Assembly (NCBI GenBank): GCA_023213395.1
Contig: CM041465.1
Location: forward strand, 133,803,741 to 133,867,740
Length of the DNA: 64,000 bases
Reading direction: 5' to 3'
DNA from: Cycas panzhihuaensis
Taxonomy: Eukaryota > Plantae > Cycadophyta
The notes under the pieces were generated by a model. The model made no database searches. It saw only the letters and a list, made by a program, of their open reading frames with translations, and was not told the origin of the DNA. The number at the start of each line of letters is the position of its first letter. Positions within the stretch are counted from its first letter, which is position 1. The position numbers were made by a program, and so were the translations under genes. Below, one piece after another: positions 1 through 11,739 of this stretch.

Positions 1-3000
1 TGTTGATGAAGTAATATGTGATGTGGTGCCATTAGATGTATGCCATGTTGTGCTTGGGAGTCCCTACTTGTGGGATCGAGATGCACTCTTCTATCGAAGG
101 GAGAGAAAGTATCGGTTGATGAAGGATAACAAGGGCTTCATCATAAAGGCCACAAAGAAGCACTTGGATACGATAGCATTAATTTCAGCTACTTAAGTAA
201 AAAGGATGATCAATGCATATGGTAAATTCGTCATCTTAATGGTAAGGAGAAAAGAAGAGCCAGGAGATGAAGAAGGTCCTTCTACGCACACTCTTCTTAT
301 ATCACCTAAACAAATGCAATAAATTAAGGAGTTAAAGACAAGGTATGATATTCTATTTCAACATGTTGATGGACTACCACTAAAGAGAAAGATAGAGCAT
401 GAAATCACTCTTGTAGGAGATGCACCATTACCTAACGTTGCTTTGTATAGGCACTCCATTATAGAGAATAATGAGATAAAGAGGCAAGTTGAGGAGTTAC
501 TTAATCAAGGGGTCATTAGACCTTCATGTTCACCTTGTGGGTCACCAATTATCATGGTGCCTAAGAAGGATGGAGGATGGAGAATGTGTATAGACTTTTG
601 TGCTTTGAATAAAATTACAATTAAAAATCGCTACCCTTTGCCTCGCATAGATGATTTACTTGATCAAATTTAGCATGCTTGTTATTTTACTAAATTAGAT
701 TTGAAAAGTGGTTATCACCAAGTTAGGGTCAAGGAGGAGGACACATGGAAGATGGCCTTCAAAACAAAGCAAGGACTCTTTGAATGGATGGTTATGCATT
801 TTGGATTGTGTAATGCTCCTGCAACATTCATGAGGCTAATGAATGAAATGTTAAGGCCTTACTTGGATAATTTTGTTGTTGTCTATCTTGATGACATTTT
901 GATTTTCAGTAACACATGGGAGGAACATTTGCAGCACATAGAAGAAGTTTTAAAGACTATGGCTAAGCATCATTTGAAGCTTAATGTGAAGAAGTGTGAA
1001 TTTGGCAAGGAGAACTTGATCTTCTTAGGCTTTGTGGTTGGAGAAGGAAAGTTGAGCATCAATCCACTCAAGACTCAAACCATCCTCAAATGGCCTAGGC
1101 CAACAAACATCATAGAGGTAAGAAGTTTTTTAGGAGCTTGTCAATACTTGAGAAAGTTTATTCTTCATTTCTCACAGGTTGTAACACCTCTACATGGATT
1201 GACAAAATCTAGTAAAAAGTTTACTTGGGGTTCCAAGGAGGAAGAAGCTTTTCTTTTTTTAAAGAAGAAATTTTGTGAAGCACCAGTTTTGGTAATGCCA
1301 AATTTGCAAAGGCCTTTTGAAGTAGAAGCTGATGTAAGTGGAAATGCGATGGGAGCTATCCTTATTCAAGATGGGAAGCCTATTGCTTACCATTCGTAAG
1401 TCTTCACCCCTCAAGTGAAGAACTACCCAATATATGATTAAGAAATATTCATACTTCATCAATCATGCAAGCATTGGAGGTTATACTTACTCGGAAAAGA
1501 GGTTGTAGTTCATACCAATCATAAGCCTCTTCAATTTTTACAAACCCAAAGTAAATTACAACAAGTAAGACACATGAAGTGGATGAGTTATTTACAACAA
1601 TTTAATATTGTAATTAAGTACAAAAAGAGATCTAGTAACAAAATTGTTGATATGTTATCTAGACCACCTTATTCCACTTCTTCTTCTACTTTTGTTTATA
1701 ATTCTCTTATGAGTTTGTGGGTGGAGCCAATGCATCATGAAGAGTATAAAGACTTGTACCATGAAGATGAAGCTTTCAAGGAAGAATTAGAGAACCTAGC
1801 GAAAGGAAGACCTTCCTAGCTTGCTTGGAAGGATGGTCTACTTTTCAAAGGGGAGCAGCTCTATATTCCATCAAAAGGAGACAAGATCAAGTGGCCTAGA
1901 GAAGCCCATACTTCTAAAGTAGCTGGTCACTTTGGTATAGAGAAGACTTTAGCAAACTTGAGAAGATATGTTGTATGGCCAAAAATGCAAAATGATGTAA
2001 AAAAATATGTAAAAAAATGTGTAATATGTAATACTTCTAAGCCTTCTTCTAGAAAATTAGGATTGTATACACCACTTCTTATTCCCACTAGACCTTGGGA
2101 AAGTATCTCCATTAATTTCTTAGGGGGACTTCCCATGACTAGGAAGGGACATGATTATCTCTTTGTTGTTGTAGATAGGTTCAATAAAATGATATGTCTA
2201 ATACCTTGTAAGAAGACAATCACGGGTACAGGAGCAGTTGAGTTATTCTTCGAGCATGTATGGAAGAATTTTGGCTTGCCTTCTTCCATCATTTTAGATC
2301 AGAACACTTGATTCCTTTCATCATTTTGGAAGTCACTATGGGAGATGATGGATACCAAATTGAAGAGGAGTATAAGTTTCCATCCTCAAACAGATGGACA
2401 AACCAAAGTAGTGAATAGAACTTTGGTATATTTATTGAGGGGATACAATTCCAAGCATCCAAAGACTTGGGATGAATCATTGGCTTTTCTATAATTTGCA
2501 TTTAATAGAGCAATATATGCATCACACTCTAAAGCACCTTTTGAAGTTTGTTTGGGATACTTACCTCAAAGTCCATTTGACTTAGAGTTTTCTATACAAG
2601 CTAAGGAAGGATCTATCAAAGAGAAGGAGGAGCATGACAAGGCTTTAAGATACTTGGAGAAGATCCAGAGAGTCCACAAAGAAGTACATGATCAACTTCT
2701 AAGGACTCAACAAAAGTACAAGGAAAGACATGACAAGCATAGGCAAGAGTGTACTTTCTAAGAAGGAGATTTAGTATGGTTATACTTGATCAAGGAGAGG
2801 TTAAAAAGAGAAGGCAAGAAACTCAAACCTATAAGGTATGGACCATTCAAGATTTTGAGAAAAGTGGGTGGCAATGCTTTTCAACTTGATCTTCCACCTT
2901 ATATACAAATATATTCAGTAGTAAATCCTGAATACTTAAAACTCTTTGAGCCCTCCATGCTAGATGATAAACAGGACCAGTTCACTTTACCTTCAGTTGA

Positions 3001-3184
3001 TGATTTGTATTTGGAAAGTGAGGAGCCTCTCAAGGAAGATTGTATCTTGGAGAGAAAATCTACAAAAACAAGACATAAGACACATGAATCTTTCAAGATT
3101 GGAGTAGCAAGGTAATTTCCTAGTAAGGCCAAGTGGTTTAGTAGGTAATAAGGAGAACAACACTTCCCCCATCTCCAATTCTAA
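1..3184 (+). pseudogene. pol: gypsy pol, disrupted (RT, RNase H, integrase, GPY/F and diverged chromo-like tail)
   Basis: ORF track: [82 protein letters not shown]; many in-frame stops and some frameshifts. Confidence 0.95.
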
Positions 3185-3225
3185 GCCAAACAGGAGTTGG
3201 CTATTTTCCAAGGAAGGGGGAGCCA

Positions 3226-4356
3226 TGATCCAGGAGGATCTACCATATGTTTACAGGATGCGAAAAATGCTAGGCAATGGCATAACTGAAAGAGATATAT
3301 CTAAATGGTATCAAAATTTAATGAAATTTTGTGTAAAAGTAGAATACACATCCCACTAGATGTGTACAAAAGGTGGGATTCAGAAAATATCATTTGATTA
3401 GAGTTCAAGCCTTGTTTTTCATAAAATTAATCCCACAGTTAGCAGAAAAAATAACAAATACATATTATTATTAAATGAATAAAACGGCTACCAAATGACA
3501 TCTAAATGAGTTAAAATTTTGAGGAAGTGGAGGAGACATGTGTTCCTATATGTGTACCAAATTTTAGCCAAATTTGAGTCCTTTAAGGTTAGTTAAAAGC
3601 TGCAAATTTTAAGAATTGCATGAAGGCCACTTGGACAGCAGAAAAATAGCAAATACATATTATAATTAAATGAATAAAAATGCAGTCAAATGACATCCAA
3701 ATGAGCTAAAATTTTGAGTAAGTGGAGGGTATATGCGTTCCTATACTGTTAACAAATTTGAGCCAAATTGGAGTTAGTTAAGATTAGTTACAAGCTATAA
3801 CTTTTCAAGAATTACATGAAGGCCACTTAGACAACATGCATTCTGGTGGTTAGTGGTTATACTTGCGTGATTGCCACTTGTTAAACATGCAAGTTTGGTT
3901 TCTTTCTATAAATTAAGCTCTATTATGGGTTGGAGAGGTGGTTCTTGGAGACTTGACTTGGGAAGCATCCTTGGAGAAGTATGTTAAAGGGTTGGAGTCC
4001 CCCTTATGGTATAATTGTATCATTTATTCCTTGTAAATTTACCATTCTTTTGCTAGTTTGATTCCTCCACTATTAAATGAAGATTTTTGTAGTTTAATAA
4101 AAGTATTACTCCTCATACTTTTGGATCAATGTCAAGAATAAATAATTTGGTTTAGAATTTCCTTTCGTGGGCTCATTGTTGTTTTGATGTTATTGAGATT
4201 TCTACACTAACTCCTAGGATCTCAAGGAGAAAAGGTTGATAATTAACTTCTTCACCAACTAAGCTCTTTTGGGATCAGAGGATATATTTGCAATAGTCTC
4301 TATGTTTATTAGTTTGTTTGATGCTTACTTTAGCAACTTCATATAGTTAGGTATCA
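3226..4356 (+). repeat. 3' LTR of CRM-like element (~1.13 kb) with internal ~197-bp tandem duplication
   Basis: follows PPT; TG...CA ends; 3441-3637 repeated at 3638-3836. Confidence 0.8.
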
Positions 4357-5081
4357 TATCAAATGAATGAGATATCGATGTTCCTTAATAGAGACTTGAA
4401 GAGGAGATTCATATTGCTCAAGTGGCTCAGCCTCTTAGTTTAGTCTAAGGAATATAACTGAGTTATATGGATAAAGTATTAGGTGCAGAGAGAGTTGTAT
4501 AGTTGTAGGGACTGTTGGAGTATTTCTAAAGGATCAAGCACATATGAGGCATAACACCATTACATTTGAGAGAAGATCATATTGAGGAAGATATAGGTTG
4601 AAGATTATCGAAGTGGAGATCAGCTTGTGGACATGTTTACCAAGGTCTAACTAAAGATCACTATATTGATGTTTATGCATATTGGGTAAGGTTATCCTTG
4701 AGATGGGATCTATTCCCAAGGGTAAACCTTGTTACCCTACATTTACATTAAGAGGGGATGTTGGAATATGTGTATACATACCGATTAATGTAAATTGGGT
4801 CTATTTATGTGCCTAATATATACATGGAATATTCTCGATATGGGTGAGTCGATAAATATAAATGTATTGATATTATGACACTTTAGATCTATAAATATAG
4901 ATCAAAGTCCATCCTTATGAACAACATTAGATTACCAAAATTGTAAATAATATTATTTTGTAGGTTTTCACTAGTAAGGATTTCCCATAACAATCTGATG
5001 TCCCATGTGCATGATTTCTGTTGTGATTTGCCTAATATAAAAGATACTATTGATCTTTGCTTTCATTTATATTTCCTAACA
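4357..5081 (+). mobile_element. Ty1/copia remnant H (RT fragment joined to RNase H fragment, PPT, 3' LTR 4759-5081)
   Basis: YQMN..MFLNRDL.EEIHIAQ (copia YQMDVKSAFLNGDLEEE), then GDQLVDMFTK (RNase H); PPT aagagggga; LTR TGTTGG...CCTAACA. Confidence 0.75.
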
Positions 5082-5340
5082 ATAAGAACCATTAACATTT
5101 ATACATGTGTTAAACTATTCATATATTGCCCCATTAGTGGACATAGAGGTTCTTTGTACTATTGGTTAGATAAGAGATCAAGTGGTCTTATGAATATGTA
5201 TATTCATTCAATATAATTATTTGAAGGATGATCATTCTTCCACCATTTATTGTGCTCTTTATTATGTACATATTTCATATTTTTTAATTTTATGTTTATG
5301 TTTCCTAGACATGATATTTATTTATAGATTATTTGTATCA
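5082..5340 (+). repeat. X1 5' LTR, right part (left part displaced by copia H)
   Basis: direct repeat of the distal part of 36684-37021; ends GTATCA, followed by the PBS. Confidence 0.75.
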
Positions 5341-6831
5341 AATGGTATCATAATTAATGGATAGATCCTTTGAAGATAGTTTTTGGAGCTTATTATTTGT
5401 TGCTTTTTAAAGCCTTTTGTATCATAGTTTTGATGTCTTATTGAAACTATTATTTAGTGCCTTTTTAGTGATCTATATTATATCTTTTAAAGAGTTTTTG
5501 GGGTCAGTTTTGAAGTCATTAAAGAGTAGAATATTATAGAAAATATTTGCATATGTTTAGGATTATTTTGAATGCATCGAGGTTGTTTTTCAAACCTGCT
5601 TAGAAGTTTTTCAAAGATGAAATTATAGATAACTTATATATATCTAGCTAGTCCAAAGAAAATTTCATGCAAGATTAAATACTATAATTCATAACATTAT
5701 AAAGGTTATTATTTCTTGTCATGTTTTTATAGGCACATTTAGTTGTTGCATATTGATGTTTTGTAAGCCAGTGTATGATTTTACAAAAATAATACATGTA
5801 TTAAGTGAAGGAGAAATTTTGATTATCTAGAGGTCAAAGTGACTCCATAAATAATTGTTTATTAGTAAGTTTTTTTCTATCATAGGTCGTGGTAAGCAAC
5901 CTCCAAAAGAAAAGTAAATTAATGATGGTGAAGTTATATCTACCCTCTAATTTGGCCTCTTAGAACATATATGGAGTGGCTAAAGAATGTATAATATATG
6001 TCATAATAGATTTACCCACAAATGCTTAAGGTGACAAAGATAAGGGCACAATATCTATATAATTAAAGAGACTCGATGAAACTATAAGTTTACCAAATAC
6101 ATTAATAGTATAAAATTACAAGCAAAATGCACATCACAGTACACCTGTGTTAGAAGAATAAATAGAATGTAGCAGGCATTACTTCATAGTAGAGGTAGTT
6201 GGGGTAGACCTACCTCTTAAGGCACATAAGGACAAAGTTGAAAAGAACATACATATTTAAGAATAAAGGATGCATGCCATCTATGCTTATACTTGTTAAT
6301 AGACACATTCATTAAAACAATGTAGCCCCTAATGATAAGTCAGAATATGAAGAGGGCCTAATTAAATACATTAAAAGACTAGATAAATTTATGAAGTATA
6401 GCCTTATCAAGGCTCTAGAGAAAGGGCAATGCTATAGATTTTTATATACAACAAAGAAACTAATTGTTAAAGTCAAAATATGGGTAAATTTGAGAGTAAC
6501 CAGATGAGGCCTTAGCGATTAGTAGATAGAGTGTGATGTTGATGAAGAATGGTAATATGGGAGAAATTTACCAAGGGTAAATATGATTAATAAAGATGTA
6601 TAGTTGGTTAACAAGAAGTGAGTCAACTTACAGACCATAGAAAATAGAAAAACCCTAATTATGCATGAATAAAAATTTAACTTTTGGGTTTTTTTTTTTT
6701 TTTTAACAAAGTTTGAAATATATTTAACTAAATCATTTCTTTTTAAAAATTCATCACTAACCTCTCTATAGATAGGACATGATCATATGGAGGCCTAATA
6801 TGAACAACAACTTAATTTGAAAGGGGCTAAG

Positions 6832-8392
6832 CATGATGACCTAATAACATAATGATATAAAATAATAAAGAAAAAAAATCTTCTTTTTCGCTTTTCTAAC
6901 ACCAAAGATACTACCATCTTAAGATTATTTAAGCTCAATCACTAAAATAACAATAACAAAAATAATGCATAGCAAACCATATGCCTAACATCCTGTAAGT
7001 TAAGCTAATAATCTAAGAGTCTTGGAATACAAATTACATTATGTGACACTAGTGTACATTCGGTTTACTCTTCATAATAAGTTTGATATATATAATTGAA
7101 ATATAATTTTTCATATATGTAAATACAATCTTGATATTCATTTCATCACTTTTGTAGAATATTTATACAAGATTAAGATAGAATAAAATTATCTTTAAGT
7201 GGAAAAATAGATTGATTAGAGGTACTCATTACCCAACCATTCAAAAACAACACATGAAAATATACCCTTGAGTTTAGGCATGTAATATAAACATTAGGGT
7301 ACTTTCTTATAACTCTTCACTTATGACCCAACTCTTAATTCAACATCTTAAATTCACTAGATCATTATTATCAATTAGATTATGGCTTAATGTAAAGTCT
7401 CTAAGGATTGTTTGATAGTATCACACCACATCTAACTTCTTCTTGTGTTAATATATTAAGACTAATATTAGTGGCAACTCATATATATGGTCGCAAATCA
7501 AATCATTGATATATTATCCTGGATGAGGTCATCATCATAAATTACTAATGCATCATCCTAGACTAAGTCATTATTAAGTCTTAGATTGAGTTGCCACTAC
7601 AAGCCATATAATATATATTTCCTTACTATGGTAGAAGTTCCTACATGTTAAACACAAGAGTAGTTGATATACTCATAATCCCCTTTAGGAATTCCTCCAC
7701 CTATAATAACATCACACCCTTTCGAATAATAAAGATTCTAATATAAATAGCATAAGAGAAATCGATAATATAAAATGAGTGTTACTCAATAATATTTCTC
7801 CACTATATCCCACTCTATAATACAAACCATCCTTAGTACTTATTTTATTCCTCCCTTCCTTGAATGTGCCTCTCTTCCTAAAAGTGAATGAAAACCTATT
7901 TTTTTGAATAAATCAATGTGCTCCTCATTCTCCTACTCCTTTTTAAGGATGAAGAAGTCTTTAAAGAGAGTATCCTTAAGTTAATTGAAGATTCCTCCAA
8001 AGTATGTGAAATAACACTAAAGTCTATATTAGTTTGAATATAAGATTTTCCTTTTCCCCATAAGACTTCTATCATTGATAAAGTAATACTTTCTTTTTCC
8101 CACAAGTCTCTTATCATTAATACTAGCACAAAAGTAAGTCTTCTTTTTTTCCCCCTTAATAAGGCTTTTATCATTAATACTAGCTTGAAAGTAAGACTTT
8201 TTTTCTTCCCATAAGTCTCCTATAATTAATACCTCTTTATTATCCTAAGAATGGTCTAAGCTAAAAATTAGAATCATTAAATATGATTGAATATAAAAGT
8301 CACATATTCTAGAATATACTCCCTAATAATTTCCCCTCATTCATATTATGTGCCTCTTCTTATTTACTTTTATCCTTAAGCAAATAGCCATA
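6832..8392 (-). repeat. 3' LTR of A (main part), with a ~55-60-bp subrepeat array near 8010-8235
   Basis: ~1.5-kb direct repeat of 29002-30565. Confidence 0.85.
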
Positions 8393-10694
8393 TAAACTCG
8401 AGTCTTCAAAAGTATGCTGGATCAAATGCTACTGCACATGAAAAAACTACCGATGTCCGTATGAAGTAGAGTCCATCTATCAGAATGTATGGCTCCTCAG
8501 CTACTGCAACTGCTAGTTAGGTAGGAACTCCCTTTGTGTATATGGATTAATTAGTAGCTGGTAAGAGTAACTGAAAAAGGTCTCACCCCTTGCTCATATG
8601 GGAGTGCAAGCCAAAAAATATATAAATGGCACATGGCTCCTGACACATGGTGGGCAAAAGTAGCTTTAAAAGTATGTCCTACCTTACTAAATAAGACTAT
8701 CACTTCTTCGGCATCTAATGGCGAAAAATACGATAAGCTCTATGGCCTTAAATTTACCACATGGGCTAAAATATACCTCTTTAGGCTGTATAACTTGCCA
8801 CCATGGGTAAAATAACTAGCAATAGATGTTTTTACATGACTTAAAAATGATAGATATGACTTGAGTAAAGCATACGTAACTCTCTCTCATATAATAAAGT
8901 ATAAAATGAACTCAATGGGTTCTTCAAGAGCCAAAAAATAAGACCATGGTACATGTTATCCACCTTATTTGGGGTACACCACATCATAGAGCCTTAAAAA
9001 TGCAATATGTACCTAAAGAAATTGAGAAAAAATGAAGAAAAATATAAACATGTGACTTTAAACTGATATTTCTCCATGGAAACATCTCTAAAATACATCA
9101 AATGAATTATCAAATAAAAGGTATCTTTGTTACGAACTCAAGCCATAGACAAGATTGAAAATGAAGGCCTGTAGCTTAAGATATGAAAAAAAATATGACG
9201 AGTACTCTAAAAAATGATGAAGCCAAGGGTTATGCCCCTTTCACTACTAACAACTGGTTATATGGGAGCTTAATATGACTTAGAGCTAGGTGGCTAAGGG
9301 GGCTGAATGGATTTTAAAATATATCCAATATGATTTAATTTAACTTTAAAGTTGCAAACAAAATTTAACCCCTTTTAATACAAAACTCACGCCCATCCAA
9401 AATCAAATATGATATACACAAAAACTGTTATTAATTAATATGAACCCTATTAGGGTTTCTCTAAAAATATTATCATCAAGCTACCATAACACTCTGTGTT
9501 TATGCATTTTTGTACCATTAATGATCTATTCAATAGCCAGGTTCATTCCAACTAGATGCAGGTCACAGGGTCAAATTTTAATCTTCTAGGCTTAGTGCAA
9601 ATTTTATGTTGAAAATTGTGCAATTGAGATCAAGAGTAAAATTACCTTGACCCTGATATTGGGATTGATTCCATTGGAAAGAATTGGTTTTTGAGATTAA
9701 GATTCAACAACAAATCCATCTAAATGCCTACTCTCTAAAGCAAATGTTCCTTATAATACATCACTTCTACAATCTATCTTGGATCTGAAAGGTTAAACGT
9801 TGAGCTGCTGTTAGAATATGTAGGTCACCATTATCAATTTTCTATGGCAGCCATGAATGAAGATGCTGATATAGGGGCATGCCATGGATAGAGTTATAAG
9901 TGTCCTGACCACCATTGATATTGGTATTTTAGGTTTGGTGTAGGTGCGGTGATGGAAAAACTGATACAGGTTTCTCACCAAATAGTAGGGTCTTTGAGAC
10001 TTTGAGTTTAAGATCATTTTACTTCCATTGACCATGGATACTATCATATATATCATGTACTTGGTCGTAATAAATGGATCATTTGCATATATGCATTCTA
10101 TTTATAATCCTTGAAATAAATCTGCATCTTCAAGCACCATATTAGAAAATAAGTCTACTATAAAGCCCTCTTTCCTTCTTGGAGGCTCAACCATTAATAC
10201 TAAAGGAAAACCCATTGCTAAGACACTATCATTATCATTTCAAGGCTCATTAACTAGAAGCCATTGAAGTGGTGAACCAAAAGATACTTTCATTGTAGAT
10301 CTGGGTGTGGGTCTATCCACATGCCAAATCAAGACTGGGGTTCTAATAGGTTTGAGTAACTTGTAAAATATAATCAGTAACATAGAGGGGGATTTTCCTC
10401 CTCATACTAAGGATACAATTAATTTTCATCTTTTTATTCATACTCATAACAAGGCTTGTAAACTAGAATGCACACTCATTGCAAGCAATAAATAATTCCC
10501 CATATAAAGTTAACTAACATTATCTCCACACATTTGACAACTTGGCTATTCAAGTGTTTTAGAGGCTTGTGATAAATCAACAAAAGTTTATTTCTCTAGA
10601 AAATAAGACTAGAAGACAAACTTAACAATACTTTTTTTTTTTTTTTTAATTGAAAAAACATAAGAACATAGGCCAAATTATGAAGGCCATAAAT

Positions 10695-10763
<69 letters not shown>

Positions 10764-11626
10764 TTTCAATACAAGGAGAGTATATATCAATAATATAAAA
10801 GTATATGACCTTTTTTCACTTGTAAATCTATAAAATCTTTTGAAATGGAGTCACTTATGGCCTCTAAATAGCAAGAAGGACTCTTTAAACTATTATCAAT
10901 GATTCCTATTGCATTCTTGTCCACTGACATGCAAAGGAAATGGTCATCTGGTAATTGAAATCTGCACAAGAAATTATCATTATATTTCACTTGCATGCAA
11001 TATTATTATGGTGCCACATGCATAGAAGATGTCCACTTGAGCAGCTTTAATAGGCTTCAAACAACTACAAGAAACTTTAAAACAAACTTAAAAGAAACTT
11101 TGCATCAATATCAAAATATCCCTTAAAAATTTAATAACAATCCCATAAGAAAATGTGCATAAGATGGATTCATATAACTTGAAATGATCCTTCAACTGAA
11201 TGAGTCATAAAGTAGGCACATCAAAAAATTTACAAGGCTTAAAAGGTCAAAACAAGGATAACATATACCAGGGTTTGTAATGGTTTCCTTAAGGATTGAA
11301 CCTTAAACTCTGATACTATGTTAGAATTAGAAATGCAAACTATACAATAAACATTTAATGGTGAATGAATGTTAAAATAATAAAGTACAAGAGAAATGGA
11401 GTATGTATAATATGAACACCTTATATGGATAATTGGCTAAAACTCAATTAGAGAGAATGAAAAGTATATACATATAATACATGCTCACCACTAGTGAGAG
11501 AACCCCATTGGTTAACTTAGAGGTGGCACACATATCTAGGTGGCCCACAACCTCTGATATAAAAATACAAAGAATAGAGAGAGCTTACATAGGGTTAATG
11601 TATATAATTGGGTATTACACCCAACA
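8393..11626 (-). mobile_element. X2: second, 3'-truncated copy of the non-coding X family, inserted in A's 3' LTR
   Basis: LTR 11319-11626 (minus-strand start TGTTGGGTGTAATACCCAATT, cf. X3 TGTTGGATATAATATCCAATT); PBS 11308-11318; reverse complement of 9255-9320 matches 57260-57325 and of 8450-8550 matches 36355-36445. Confidence 0.65.
10698..10757. repeat. (TA)n microsatellite (~30 units)
   Basis: direct reading. Confidence 0.98.
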
Positions 11627-11739
11627 CCATTTACATCAAGGGATGATTATACTAATATATTAAGTGAAACCATAAGAAGAGAATACATAATAAGGCATAT
11701 ACAATGGATATAAATGGAGTATTATATCTTCTCCTCCTT

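Larger units (their letters stand above)
1..4356 (+). mobile_element. Ty3/gypsy LTR retrotransposon, CRM-like chromovirus (5' part outside window)
   Basis: RT-RNaseH-integrase order; PPT aaggaagggggag at 3210-3222; 3' LTR with TGATC...GTATCA termini (3226-4356); copia RT sequence resumes right after 4356. Confidence 0.9.

Noticed and set aside
1-3184. Endogenous caulimovirus origin of the RT/RNase H
   Set aside because: Followed by integrase, PPT and LTR, which is Ty3/gypsy organisation; no movement or coat protein seen
10596-10790. ORF with IYIYIY repeats
   Set aside because: Translation of the (TA)n microsatellite and poly-T
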